64,000 nt of DNA from assembly GCF_006345805.1 (NCBI RefSeq), contig NC_042997.1, positions 48,484,001-48,548,000 on the forward strand, written 5' to 3'. Numbering within the stretch: the first letter of the stretch is position 1; every line of letters begins with the position of its first letter. The notes under the pieces were generated by a model. The model was not told the DNA's origin, did not search any database, and worked only from the letters and a program-made list of their open reading frames with translations. The position numbers and the translations under genes are program-made. Below are positions 24,201 to 39,329 of the stretch, piece by piece. This stretch comes from Octopus sinensis. Lineage: Eukaryota.

Positions 24201-27200
24201 TACCACATGTTATTTGATAATGGTTCTTTTATCAAGCAAATAATGAATAATACGGCTTAAAACGACATAAAAATCTAACTTTAAAAAATTCTACCTAAAA
24301 TCTACCTCTTCAAATCACAATCACAAACAACATACTACATGGTTGTGGATGCAAAAGAGAGACAGAAACAAGCCTTTTGACAAAATACAGATAGAAGCAA
24401 GCCTTTCGACATTGCAATTAGATCTTGCACAAATCCGCCCTTACTGGTACAGAATAGTTCAAAACCGTGGAATTTCACTGGAAAAATTATCATAAGCCAT
24501 TCAGTAACAATGATAAATAGAAAGCCTAAACTAAAGTCTAATTGCAAACATATCACAACGTTTACGCCAACCTTCTGATGGGAAACAACCAAAGGATTGA
24601 TGTCGTCACACATCACAACAGGTGAATCCCACCATCATGTCATTCAATTCAACAAGTTAAAAAGAAAGTCCGATGAAGTTCGCTGTGCCCCTAAATTCCT
24701 CAATACCAACGTGAAACCATGAGACAGCAATTACAGATACTAAACTATATGCGGGTATGTTTGTGTGTGTGTTTATGTATGTGTCTGCAGATAATCGATA
24801 CCTCTTCCACGATATGCAAGGAAAAGCAGCTAGTTAATGACTTACTTCAAGAATTTGCAAACTTAAAAAAAAAATTGAAGAAAGAAAATGCTTATTACAA
24901 AAATAATGCGAGGTGCTTTTAGATCACTGCAATACAATCCTTCGCAGAAACATTCAGCTATCGCTGTCAAATTTCCCCTGAAGTTATAGACATCTCTTTC
25001 CAATACAGCTATTTTACAGTGGCATATGGTAATAGAATCTGTCATATTTGTCAGAACGCCTTCTACAAAATCGACCTACATTCACTCATCTCTGTCACTC
25101 TCTCTCTTTCTCTCTCTCTCACCCACACACCCATACACGTACTCTCTCTTTCTTTCAATTTATATGTTGTGCTTTTTATTTTCACCTTCGAAATGTTCGT
25201 TAATGTACTTTGTAATAATTCAATCCCCATGTATTTTCTTCTATCAACTTATATTCACGATATTCCATTTTATATTTACTTTTGTATTCTTCTTATTCGA
25301 TTTTCCTTTTATTTTTTTTATGTGTTTGTTTTCCTGTTGATTTATACTGAACCAGGTTTATTAAAGAAATATTTCTTGAAAATGTATAATGCTGTAAGTA
25401 TAATGTTAATATCGATTATTACTTTGGACCAGCGCTGCAGCTTATATTGACTGACTGACTTTAGCGGTCAACTCTACTAATTTTTAACTCGTCCTCACGA
25501 AGAAGAAAGAAAAGGACAGGGCCCAATATTTTTGGAACACAGAAGTTTAGGGAAAACGATTAAATTCAGTATTTTATCAATGGCTCTCTTCATTCTGCCA
25601 TCAACGTCTTCGAATGTTAAAGAAATTAATAAACATTATATGTTGGCTTAAGAATGCGAATTCGCCAAATGTTATCTTATTTGACTTATTTGCTAAAGTT
25701 AATATGGCGAAATCTATCATGACAAAATTTATCCCATCAGTTGAAAATTTTGCATCTTTCTTTGCTTTCTCAGAATATTAGACTTTACTGGCTATCTGTA
25801 ATACATGTCGAAAGCGTATTTCATCACAGATATTTCACTAAGCTAGAGTTCATGAATGTATGAAATATGTGTAATGATGGTCACGCAATTCCCATTGATA
25901 TTACAGTCAGTAGTGTTATAAGTCAAACTCAGATGAAAATCGAAAGAATGCCGTGATATCAGTTCGTGAATAACTTAGTCTGTCTCTTTGGTGAGGGCAA
26001 AATATATAAATACTTAATAACCACTTTTCGCCAAGATGGTTCACACTTTTATGGTTTATACTTATATTAACAAGACCAATTTTACATGTTTTTGCGAGAT
26101 AGGGAAGACTTTAGACAACAGTAGGCAGGGTACTTCTAATATACAAGTACGAATCTATTGATATATATGTCAGAATATACGTCAGAGGCTTTGGAGTATT
26201 GATAACTGTTGTCTTTACTATTTAGATGAAGATATATTATTGGGAAAGGAAATGCTTTTACATTCTGTTTTAAAATTCCCCCACGTTCCGCGGGCGTAAA
26301 ATTGATATACCAGTCAAGCTTAGGTTCGACGGTATCAGCTAAGAACTGAAACTTGCTGGTCTTGTGCCTAATTTAGAAACGATTATTATGAAGCCTGTTT
26401 ATATTCTCAGCTCGAATCCCACCGATATCAATCTGCCTTTCATCTCAATGGATTCGATGAAATATATAACATGAGTCATGTACTGAAGTCTAAGTAATTA
26501 AGTATGCCTTTGCCCACAAAATTGCTGGCCTCGTGTCTTATTTAGTAGGCATAATGCACATACAATACACATGATCCAAGCTAGGTTGATTGTAGTCCAC
26601 TAAACATAGAGTCCCCAACACATTGTGCTACTGATGTTGATATTTAGCAAACAAAAATGACTGAAATGTACGGCTGTTGCTCTTTTTAAACTCAAATCTG
26701 AGCAGACACGTTCCAGTCGTGACTTTCTCTGAACATTTTCCCAGGCAGTGTATCGACGAATATATTTGTACACAATATGTCGTTTTTTAAAGTCGATAGA
26801 ATGTGAATTGAGGGAGATATTTAGCGCTACTTAAATCATGCTGTGTATTTACGTAGAGACAAACGTTATTAGATATTATAGACATAATCATACTTGAATA
26901 CGTATGTGTGTGGCGTAATTTGAAATTTGAATGTTGGGAAATGAATCTAAACAAACAGTGTCAAAACATTTAGTGCAGCGCTCATCTGCTTGACTAAGTG
27001 ATCTCTGCCAAGAGTAGATACGTAAATAGCACTTACAACAGGAGTTATTATGTAACACCTTTTCCAGTGCTCTTTTTAACTAAAGATAAAACTATCTGCT
27101 GTTGGTGTTGAAATGGACATAAAAGAAAGACACCTGCTTCTGTTTATCAAAGAGAAACACGGAGAATAAGCAGAAAACTTGTGCAATTTTTAATTCCTTT

Positions 27201-27777
27201 AGAGTTTTGGTTACATAAAGATAATAGTATCACATCTATTCAGTAACACCTAACTTCTTGGCGCTCTATCACTCTTTTCTTCAAATAACACTCTTGCAAT
27301 CTGTCTACTTCATTCCTGTTTACTAAATATATATATATATCTTTCTCATATTGTCTATTATTTTGCCACTCTTTCTTTTTATCACTTGCTAGCTCGCGTT
27401 TTTCTTTATATTAATTTCCATAAATTTTTCATTTTTCTTCTTTATCTATCCATCCATCTATCCATATATAAATATACGTTTATGTGTGCGTATGTCTGTC
27501 TGTGGATCTACTCATGTTTCTATCGTTCTACTTTTTTATATATACGTCTATATTTTTGTTTGTTGTTTCTTTCTATTTTCTATCCAGTTATCCTTTCACA
27601 TTTCTGTTTCGTTTGTGTAGATGCACTATATATATATATATAGATAGATAACTACACTTTTTGAAAAACAACTGTGTTTGGTTTCAATGTTTCTCTGTCT
27701 TACTAAATATGCTGACTCTAACTTTCCCAAACATTTCCACCTTTTGTTTTACCTTTCTTAAACTTATCTTCTTTTAC

Positions 27778-27829
<52 letters not shown>

Positions 27830-28316
27830 CTCTATCTCTCTTCCCCTCTCTCTCTCCCTCTGAATCACATATAACTATCGATGTATCATAACTGATGTAT
27901 ACGCAATAAAGATAGGCTAGTTATTGGTGTGGTTGTCGAGAGATGACATCTCTTATAAACTTGCTGTGTTAAAACCACAATACCATTGTGTTATCTCAGG
28001 AAAAGTAGTGCAGTAGCTGGCCTATCGACATACAATATGATATTTTAGCTAAATACTGATTCAATTGCTAAATTGCGTATATCTCTCTCACTCTCACTCC
28101 CTGTCTGTCGTTCTCCATTCAATTCTCTGTTATTTCTCCAAGAATTTCTAAGAAATATCATTACAAAGTTCAAAATAATCCACATATGCGCACCTGTACA
28201 TAGTGAAAAATCAGCTGAGTTTATCGGTTGAGAAGATCTGAAAGCAATCGTTTATTGGTAATTATATATAACCTTCTTATATCTTTGACACTCGTCTAAT
28301 TCGAACATTCACTTAC

Positions 28317-28389
28317 ATTCCTGCTGCTGAGGCAGGGCTCTTATTGCTTTCTGGCATATCGCTTATAGAATGCCCCCCCCCACAGTTCT
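28317..28389 (-). CDS. Candidate 73-nt exon of an unidentified host gene
   Basis: Acceptor cctctgtttcag, donor AAT|gtaagt, GC-rich against its flanks, single open frame NCGGGHSISDMPESNKSPASAAG. Confidence 0.3.
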
Positions 28390-31300
28390 CTGAAACAGAG
28401 GTGATTTGCAATTGATTGTATTTACTCCGAATACACTGTTTTATATTTTCACTCAGTACAATACATGATATTTATTAGGAATATAACAAGGGAATTCATG
28501 ATATCGATGGCTTTTTACAGGGTTCTATTCACCAGAAAAGTGAAATAACATTGTATGAAACAGTGATATATAACGACTAAGTAGAGCATTCAACTCACAC
28601 AAAGGTTACATTTTTCGTCAAAAACGCTCACCTTTATTAGTTTGAAGAATATCATGAACACAAAAACCGCTGTAATATATTCTCTGGGCAATGAAGCATC
28701 AATTTAAGTTAGCGGTTCTCAGTATTTTTTTAGTTCGTGCAGCACTAGAGATCAAAAATCACATCTAGAACACATCATAAAGAAGGTTAAAAAATGTTAG
28801 TGCACTTCGCATCTAAAGTTAAAAATAAATTGTTTAAAGTTAGAAATTTAGAAACATAACACAGACAAAAAAAGCTATTGCTTTCTTTGTTTTATTATTG
28901 TAATTCTGTACAGCAAAATTACGAATGAAAAGCTTACGAGAAGCCCTTCGATCTTAAAGGTCGGTTAAGTTCCTACAAAATCGATTGATAGGCACTGATA
29001 CATTTCTTTACTTAATATTTGAAAAAAGCTCCAGCTGTTTACATTGGAATGATAGCAACAACCCGAATTTAACGTTTTCTACACCACAACCCCTTGATTT
29101 AGTATGTTGCGATGTTCATGAATGTTCCAAGATCTTTAGCGTTGGAGGTATCAATAATTTCAACACTATTTGAATTTTTCCCACATGATGTTCAGTAGCA
29201 AATTATTTGTAAAAATCATATATTACATTAGTGCAGGTGTATCTAGTAATCAGTAGGTGACGGATATGGATTACTGAAAAATTCCCTTACTAGTATTTAC
29301 ATAATTGAATCCTTAATTAGTGGAATTTATATTTGTTCCAGTGAAATTTGAACTTTAAACACAAAAGGAGTTGAAGTAACTTAATCCATTATAGTCATTT
29401 GCAACCAGCTAATATTTTTAGTGGTTGTGATTATATTTCTTGAAATATTTCAGGCAATTTTAAGATGAAATAACATCACATTAATTACTTTCGATATAAC
29501 AATTTGGCACCAGGCTTATTCGCCTGCTTTCGTGACTAGAGAAAGATTTAAGAATTATAAATTATCAGTATTCTAGTAAGATTTTTTGTCTTATTTTATG
29601 CATTCCATTTACTGTTTAAGCTTAAATGAAACAATAATTTGATAAAATTACGTAACCGAAGGAATTTCACGTCTTCAAATCAAACTTGTGATATTTCAAT
29701 TTTTAATTAGCAGCTTGAAGAAATATAATTAAATTTTTCTTGATTAAATTTCCATTTACAAATTTTAGTCACCTGATTATAATATTAGCCATAAGTTCAG
29801 AATTATGAAAACAGAAAAACAATAGATATTGGCGGTTCTATTGTTTCAAGTACTTCCCACATATTCAGATTTCTTTACTTCTAATGGCTTCATACATAAA
29901 CACAAGGTTATATATATGTGTAGAGGAGAAGCGTCGTCTTCCAGCAGCATTTAACGTTTACTTTACGCAATGGTGCTGACAGTGTGTCGTTGCTGTATTT
30001 GTTAGGGAAAGCAGCTAAATATCCCTAATATCACATCACACTACTGTATTTCGAAAGCACGTGACGATCAATACCGATCTCAACACACTAGAATGTGAGG
30101 ACACATATATTGGAGCGCTTATCATGATAGGTCTACATGTTCGGAGGTTAACTGTTCGTAAACTTCAACTTGGATTACTCTATAGATAGCTAGGTCTTAC
30201 ATGGCGATGACTTAGTTAAAATGTAAAGAGACTGAAATACATACGCAGAACCGTCTTGCTTGCTACTTTTTCAGTCGTTCCATATTCCTTTATACATGTT
30301 TTTATTGACATGTGAAGTTGAAATGAAGTTATAGTGTCCATTGTCTCCCAGCCCCGCTCAGACTAATCCCAAGGGTGTCATTAGAGATCTTCTTCAACCA
30401 TTACAAGTCAATATTAAGGGAATGATGTGAGCAGAGAGGTTGTCCCAAACGATCGATTTTCTGCCATGAAAGGACAAAACGTAAAGGATAGGGTCGAGCC
30501 TGGACGATCGGATACACTAAGCATCGTGCTCCAAAAGGTTACGAGTGAGTTGTGATTGCCTGAGTAGGAGTGGCATGAATTCAGCCCGCTCTGAGGTGAC
30601 CAAGACCATTATATGCCATTATAGAAGACAGAAAGGAGTGAAAGGAGACAGTGTTTCTGTGTCCCAGAGCGTCTCTGAGTGTGATTTTATACCGATAAGT
30701 CAAGTGATTTTTCTCTGACTGTGCCCCAATATGTTAGTGTGCCAAGTTGAAGCGTTTGTCCAACAAGTGCTAGATTTACTCAACTGAGGGACTCATCTAA
30801 ATTTTGTAGAGATTCAGTAATTGAGAGGGAACGAAATACCCGTGTAATCATAAGATAACTAATCTTCTGGATCCTATCCTGGCTGTTAAAGGACATGATC
30901 TTATCAGGAGAGGTATTCGGTGGTAGCAAGCTTCAATAGTTGAAAAGATAGAGAGCACTCTAGCTGAGTGTTTTGTATGTTTACTTGTGGTCGGTGCAGT
31001 TCTTATTCGTAGGAGGATGCTTTTAAAGTCTTCTGCCTATAGCATTGTTACGGATTAGAAGTCTGGCGACTAAGTTGCAGGCGGATAATACATCGGAATT
31101 AGGAGCAGAGCGGAATCTGAGGAATAGAAAGTTTTCCAGACGAATAGAACAATCCAGAAATATTTAGGTTTGTGGTATATTCGATTACTTTTACTAAAAC
31201 AATTCACTTTATTCAAACTTTCAAATACCGCGACAGCGACATTTAAATGCAGAACACGAAGCGATGTAAATATAGACTGTAAGATATTCCTCCGGCACTC

Positions 31301-31933
31301 AAATGATTCTGAAAATTAACCATTCTTCGATTGAATAAAATAACATAAACAATATTCACAGCATTGCATTGAATAGTATGTATTGACATCGAATTCCTTT
31401 CATATACAGATGAGAATCTCAACAGAGGATCCCATTAAATCTTACATATGCACTTACAGATTGCTATACATTTGAAGTGTTAATGATTACGTTCAGAGTT
31501 TCCTGTGTATGTGTGTGTGTTTGTGTTTGTGTATGTATCGGTGTGAGTTTGTGCGTGTATGCAGGAATGTAACAGAAGAAAAAAATATATCTGTGTAAAG
31601 CTATTAGGAGAAAGAAATAGAGAAATCGAGTTAGTTCTTTCGATAACAAAGAACCTCCAGATTTACTTACTAATGGATATCTATATAAACGTCCATTAAG
31701 ATTGATCCATGAAATGTGAAATTAAATTTGTAATGAAAAAATATATCAAAGGATGAAATTACAGAGCGAAAATCATTTGTGAAATCATTTCCTAAAGTAT
31801 TTGTCACGTACATATATAAAACGGGAAGTTGCCACGCACACACATACAGAAACGTATACACACACATATACACATATAGACAAACGCACACACACAAACG
31901 CACGCACACACAAACGCACGCATGCACACACAC

Positions 31934-32037
<104 letters not shown>

Positions 32038-32580
32038 CATCTGTGTGCGCCATTGTGGGATCAGTTGAGTAAGCCCGAAAAGGATGTTTTATATATCAGT
32101 ATATGAAAAAAAATGTAACACAACGGTTTTTGTCGGCAGTTAACCATCAGTGAGAGCCATGTCCATATGCGAAAGCATCAAGATTTATTTGCTAAGAATA
32201 TACAGCTATAATGACTTTCTTGTTTTTGTTATTGTTTAGTATCTGAGAAATCCTGATAAGAGATGGAAAACTCCAATCATGGCATTCCAGCCTTACCGGT
32301 CTTTCGAGCTACCTCGGATTATTTTATTCGAGGAAATTTACATGAGAGTTATTTGAAAGAAAATTATTAATATGTTTAGTAGGTAACAAACATTTAAAAG
32401 CCGACTCAATAAATCAGTGTGACAAGGAGAGAGAACTCACTTTCGAACACAATGCAGCATATTTCTTTAATTGAAATAGGTTTTGTTAGTTTGTTAGTTT
32501 AAATTTCAAACGTCTTATTCACGAGTGCAACTGACTTAGAGTGAGAGAGAATATTAGAAGAAAGTACTAGGTTAATATTC

Positions 32581-32778
32581 TTTTCTACTCTAAGCACAAG
32601 GCCCGAAATTTTGGGAGAGGGCCCAGTCGATTAGATTGACCCTAGCACGCAACAAGTACTTAATTTATCGACTCCGAAACGATGAAAGGCAAAGTCGGAA
32701 TTTGAACTCAGTACGTAAAGATAGGCGAGATACTGCTAAGCATTTCGCCCGGCGTGCTAACATTTCTGCCAGCTCGCC
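32581..32778 (-). mobile_element. SINE family C
   Basis: Head gcgagctggcagaaatgttagcacgccgggcgaaatgc and core gactttgcctttcatcgtttcggagtcgataaattaagtac on the minus strand. Confidence 0.9.
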
Positions 32779-32799
32779 AACTTGTATTAGGTTAATATT

Positions 32800-33007
32800 G
32801 GCTTCAAATTTTGGCACAAAGTCAATGATGTCGAGGAAATGTGGTTAGTCGACTACATTGACCTCAGTGTTCAACTGGTAGTTAATTTATGGACCTCGAA
32901 ACGATGAAATTCAAAGGTGACACAGGTGGCATTTGAACTCAGAACTTAAAGTCGTAGGAAATGCAACTAAACATTTTTCCGGGCTGTAAAAATTCTGCCA
33001 GCTCGCC
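32800..33007 (-). mobile_element. SINE family C, older copy adjacent to the previous one
   Basis: agtcgactacattgacctcagtg...atttgaactcagaac...ttctgccagctcgcc. Confidence 0.8.
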
Positions 33008-33199
33008 GACTTGAGCTAGTTCAAAACTAGCTTAAACATTCCCACGTATATCAGAACTTTTGAAATGTTTCTCCCTTTACTGATTACGGTGCTAAATTAT
33101 TTATCGCGAAAGTCAACGCTTATATATATATATATATGTGTGTGTGCGCGTGTGTATACATATATATATCTGTCTATCTATGCATGTATCTATATATAA

Positions 33200-33260
<61 letters not shown>

Positions 33261-33707
33261 ATATATATTATTATCACAACTTTTCTCAAACTTTGTTCCT
33301 GTTTTTGTTCTTTTAGAAATAAACCAGACAAGTTTTCAATATATTATTGATAGCCACTGATGGTATAATAGTGATTCTCTCTCTACTTTGTTTTCTTTTT
33401 ACTTCATTCGTTTGATTTACATCTGCAGTAATTCTCCTGGTGCTTCATTTCACCTTCAAATATTTATTTTCATCATTTTCATGATTTTTATCGGCATTAC
33501 ACTAAAAGTTTTGGCTTACTTACCTTTCTGGATTTTTTTTCAGTGATCAGACGATAAGAATATAGCTAATACCTTTAAAATGTTGAATCAAACGACACAC
33601 ATAAAAAAAAATAGTACCAACCCTGTTTAATATACTATTCAATATTTTCCTCAATGTTTTCAGGTCTCAAGGAATAGCATAGCATATGAGTGCGCGTATG
33701 TATAGAC

Positions 33708-33738
<31 letters not shown>

Positions 33739-33856
33739 ATTTTAGGTAGATTTTAAATTCTCATGTAGGTTGGCTGGTCATCTCCAACATACCAACTTGC
33801 ATATCTGTATATAGATTGATACATAGATCGATTAATTGATTTATTTCATGTATATA

Positions 33857-33930
33857 TATGTGTGTGTATGTATGTATGTTTATATGTATATATATATATT
33901 TATGTATATATGTATGCATGTATATATATC

Positions 33931-33979
<49 letters not shown>

Positions 33980-34001
33980 ATATGTATATATGTATATATA
34001 T

Positions 34002-34042
<41 letters not shown>

Positions 34043-34077
34043 ATAAATATATATATATTATATATATATATATATAT

Positions 34078-34111
<34 letters not shown>

Positions 34112-34127
34112 AATATATATATATATA

Positions 34128-34166
<39 letters not shown>

Positions 34167-34167
34167 A

Positions 34168-34215
<48 letters not shown>

Positions 34216-34222
34216 CATATAT
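33857..34222. repeat. Long (TA)n/(TATG)n tract
   Basis: Direct reading. Confidence 0.95.
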
Positions 34223-34576
34223 AATTTTATGTGTGTGCGAGTGTCTGATTATGTATGTATCGTGAATCTTTTGAGTACTTCCTTTTACTTTTGTTTTGCC
34301 TTCGTCTGTGATGGGTTTTTTTTTTGGGGGGGGGACGTTTGGTGGGGGAACTTCTTTTATCCATTTCCTAGATATCAAGGTCTCATCTGTATCCTGTGCT
34401 TTCAAAATTCATAGTACTCTATGATACACTGTCATGATTTATACAACAATATTTGTGCTATCATACACAGCGTTATCACATATTCGAAGACTAGATAACA
34501 GGTTTTAAGCACTATTTTATTTACCACCTACTTTGGAAACTCATATACATTGCTATGGGGAGCTGAAAGATATTAC

Positions 34577-34611
<35 letters not shown>

Positions 34612-34640
34612 TGATGATGATGATGATGATGATGATAATG

Positions 34641-34674
<34 letters not shown>

Positions 34675-34830
34675 TAATAATAAAAGAAGAAGAAGAAGAA
34701 GAAGAAGAAGAAGAAGAAGAAGAAGAAGAAGATGAAGATGAAGAAGAAGAAGAAGAAGATGAAGATGAAGAAGAAGTAGAGGAGGAGGAAGAAGAAAAGA
34801 AAAAGAGGAAGAATAAGAAGAAGAAGATGA
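34577..34830. repeat. Compound trinucleotide microsatellite (AAT)n(GAT)n(AAT)n(GAA)n
   Basis: Direct reading; explains the poly-I/M/E, poly-N/D/R and poly-Y/H ORFs in the track. Confidence 0.95.
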
Positions 34831-35615
34831 AGAAGAGTGTGCTGTAAAAAAATACAACAAAAGAGATTCTTACTTGATTCCAAAAACAAAACTGTGTTTA
34901 ATATCATTAGATACTGATATTGATTCGAGACTATGGCAATCAGATCTAAAACAGTATATTTAGCTATTGAACATAAAAGATATTGATTTTAACATCGACT
35001 AAGGTGACACATTAAACTTCAGTTTGATCGTTGTTTTTCTATATTTGTTTTATATTATATTTTTTATTCCTGGCTTTTTTTTCTTATTTATTTCGTTTCA
35101 ACTTTTCTACCGTCGTAAAAACCTGTGTATTTTTTTCTAAATCTCTTAATGATCGACCTTCGTGACCCTTATGTTATCGCCATCAATACCTTGTGACTAT
35201 CCGCATTTGAGGGTTTTCGGGAAAATGGAAGCGATACCAAAAGAAAACTAGAATACAAAACATTAGACAGAGAGAGAGAGAGAGAGATAATTGTTTGAGT
35301 GGAAGTTTACTAATGTATTTTTTCTGCGTTCCGGTGTTTAGGTGGTTATGTCTGTGTATAATGTTTACTCTCGCCTTTTTTCTAAATTTTGTAATGATCA
35401 TCATTATATTCCTTATCTACAAAATATCACCACTTCAGATTGTTACTAAAACATGATGCAGACTGTACTAACGCACTGCGCAAACATATATGCAAACAAC
35501 GTTTACACATATGTATATACATGCGTACATACATATATAAATATATATATATATATATGCATATAAATACATATATTTACATATATGCTTATACATATAT
35601 ATATATATATGTGTG

Positions 35616-35728
<113 letters not shown>

Positions 35729-36199
35729 CAAATAACATACATGTGCGTAAATGTGCGTGTGTGTGTGTGTGTTTGTGTCTATGTGTCGCTGTCTGTATAC
35801 CAGCACACACCATTTGGCCAAACAAGTAAATATCGAATTTCTGATGAAGTTTCTTAATGTTCTTCTTATCTACACATGTGCACTGATTGCTATTCACGAT
35901 AATGGTTAACGTGTGTGTTAATCTATTTGTTTTATTTTTGCCACTATCCTTTCTCTTTTGAGACTCTGTTTGTTTGTTATGGAGAGGAATTGCGCACTAT
36001 AGGGAATTGTACATCAGTACAGTCATATTTTTCATTGGTGATGAGTGGCATAAATCAAGAACTGAGCTCCATTGCGAATTGAGTTTTGAGGTCTGCCATT
36101 CCATTTCAATTTTCATTTATCGCATCTTCATTTTATGCAGCAACTGCTGCTACGGTTTCTACTACAAGTTCTATTACTCCTGTTGCTGATACTACAACT

Positions 36200-36206
36200 G
36201 CTGCTG

Positions 36207-36248
<42 letters not shown>

Positions 36249-36520
36249 TACTACTACTACTACTACTACCACTACTGCTACTGCTGCTGCTGCCGCCGCT
36301 GATGTTATTGTTGTTATTAAGAAACAAGACAGATAAGGGTGATTAGGTGATGGTGTAGGGCTTAGGGGCGGGAGACCCCAGACCTTGGAAAAAACAAACT
36401 TTGGTCGCCTTGTTGTGGTCGAGGGCTCTTCGTTGACGCCTGACACCACTGGGAGGTGGCCCTCGAAGTCGTTGGAAATGGAGATCTCCATGTCCAAATT
36501 CTTGAACGGCTGCTGCTAAC
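36200..36520 (-). mobile_element. GC-rich LINE-like 3' fragment with (AGT)n/(AGC)n tail
   Basis: GC-rich island at 36330-36520 whose minus-strand 3' end runs into a trinucleotide tract; RTE affinity is from recollection only. Confidence 0.35.
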
Positions 36521-38289
36521 TTTGTTACTTCTCAAGGTATTTTATGATTTTTTTCGTTTTTTGTAGAATTATCAGGAAACCTTTATTCTGTTGTCTAAGA
36601 ACTGAGTTTATACAAGACAAGCCCTAGATTTGTCTATCATATCTTCTCCAAAGAGTTTCAATAAAAAATGTTGTTCTTTTTAGCATTTACTGCTCCATAG
36701 TAGAAAAAAAACAAATATTAGAAACAATGAAACTTCTGTGATGTAGTAAAATCCCTTAAGATAGTGGTTACTGTATTTCACTCATGACCGATAGATCATG
36801 GTTTCGATTCCCAGACTGGATGGGCGTTGTGTTCATGAGCAATCACTTTATTTTACTTTGCTCCAGTCCACTCAGCTTCGTGATGGAGTGGCGTACAATA
36901 GGGAGCCGGTGAATCAGAAAAATCGTTTGAAGGGCGGCCCCTCGAGTATTTTTGCGAATCTCGAGTGATTGAGACTGGTTGTTCAACCATGCCGAAGACT
37001 GAATCATATAGAACAACAGGAAAACTCACTGTAACCTAATAGCAATATAGTAAATGCTATTCCTTATTTGGTGTACTTTCGATATCTTTTTTAAAATTGT
37101 GCTCAAAAATGCTGTTATATTTATATGTATAATACTTACACACATTGTCAACAGTATTTAATTCTTATATTCAGAAGCTAAACCGTGTGACGTAAATTCA
37201 GATACTTCTTTATACAATTTCGCACAGTTTACTGCACAACATAATTAATTAATTCACTAACGCTACTCATACATTACTATAGAAAAAATACATCATAAAT
37301 TACACATGTAAACCAAAATATAGCTACGGATATATAGATGTGAAATTATACATGGTTTGATGATCGTTTGTGATATTTATAAATGCTTCTTAATAATGAT
37401 TTCTTTATAATTTATATTATAAATTTTTGTTTTTTTTTAAATTTTTATTGCTTTATTTTAAAACTCACAGAAAATTTTCAAATAATTTTTAGTAATAATG
37501 GAACTCTGGATACTAAGCGGACTTAAAGTTGTATCAGACAAAGAATCCTGCGCACAGTCGTGTCTGCTTCTGTAGTTTCTTTAAGTTCATAATTAATTTC
37601 ATGTGCAGAACTTAATGAAAAAAATCACTATTCAAAATTTTTCAATAGAATGTTTGACTTAATGAAATCTAATATTCGTCACACCTGCGTATACACCTTA
37701 ACCCTTGAATTTTACCTTCCTCCTTTCGAGATTCGTAAAATATACAACAGATAAGTACTAGAAATAATTAAATCGGCTCTGCCTTCATTCAAATTATGTC
37801 ACATTGCGCTAATGTTGCCAATATATTTTTAAAATTTCGTTTTGTGGCAAAAAGTGGATTATTTAATCACGGTAGAAAAAGAACCCAGAAACAGTTTCAA
37901 TACTCACTCAAAGCTTTATTACTTTACTTGAAGTGTTAATGTCTTTGGAAATAACATATTGACAGAACAGCCGCTGTTTTGCATTTCTACTTCCTTAAAA
38001 TACAAAATTTATGCGTAGTTGAATTGAAATCAATATTAACGAGTTCGTTTATATCGATGAAGCAATATTACTAATCGATTAAACGCTGTTATGATATATA
38101 TATCCTCTTCCAAGCATAAAGTGTCAGCGTTTGAGATAAAATAAAAGAAAATGTGTTTTAGAATTGTCAGAAGGTTATGCGCCGATGAATTTCTCAATAA
38201 CTGATTAAAGAGTTACCCGCAGTTAACTGAGGGTCACTAAAATTGCTCCGATGTAAAACACTTCCTTTTTCATAGAACATGTTGAAATT

Positions 38290-38660
38290 GTGTGCCAAAG
38301 AAGAGTGCTTCCCAATCAAATAGTTGCCATTTTAGTCTCACTGAGTGGCACATTGGGCAAGTTTCTACTACAATACCCTCGGTCCGTACAAAGCTTTGTA
38401 AAGGGATTTAGGAGAGGGGAAACTGGAAGAAGCCCGTCGCACATATGTGTGTGTGTACTTTGTTTGTCCCCATCCACCGCTTGACAAACGGCATTGGTGT
38501 ATTTACAACCCCGTAATTTAACGGGTCGGCAAAACAGACTGATAAAATAAATATGAAGCTTAAGCACAAGGAAAAAGTACTGGGATCGATGAGCTCGACT
38601 AAAATTCTTCAAAGCGGTTCGCCCGCATTGCTGCAATATAAGACTGAAAGAAGTAAAGTC
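38290..38660 (+). mobile_element. SINE family B, diverged
   Basis: gtggcacattgggcaagtttctac...ggaaactggaagaagcccgtcg...ccgcttgacaaacggcattggtg...gactgaaagaagtaaa. Confidence 0.8.
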
Positions 38661-39329
38661 TAGAATACAGGAAAGTGAAATTCCTGTGTATATGTTTACG
38701 TATACACATACATATGTATATGTATGTTAGATTCAAATATAAGTACAAAACAAGCAATATTGTGGGAGAGGGCTAAGTTGTTTAAATCGATCCTTGTACT
38801 CAGCTGAAACTTATTTTACTGCCCTTCCGAAAGAATCAAAATCAAAGATGGCAAGATGGCTGAATTGTTAGCACACCAAGCAAAATTCTAAACGTTCGTG
38901 TTTATGTTCTGATGTCAACTCTGTTTCCAACATCTTGGGAGGGCGATAAAATAAGGCCATTTGAGTACTGAGGTCAATCTAAGCAATATACATATGTACG
39001 TGTGTAAGTAAGCATACATACGTGTATGTATGTGTACGTGTGCGCGCATGAGTAAAGAGAGCGAATTCGTAAGGGTTTTAGAGTGTTGAGTAGAATTCAT
39101 CATTGTTTTAGTCTTTGTGGTCGAGTTCAAATCTTACTGAGTCAGTATTGATTTTGTTTTCTCCTCTCGGGATCTCGGTGTATTGGTGGAAATTTTCGAA
39201 TATGATAAATTAGACATCTTGTAAGTCTACGGCGTTTTGATTGTCACACCTGCGATGACACGATATACACATATATGTGCATATGCATATGTGCACACAT
39301 ATATATATATATATGTATACATATGTATA

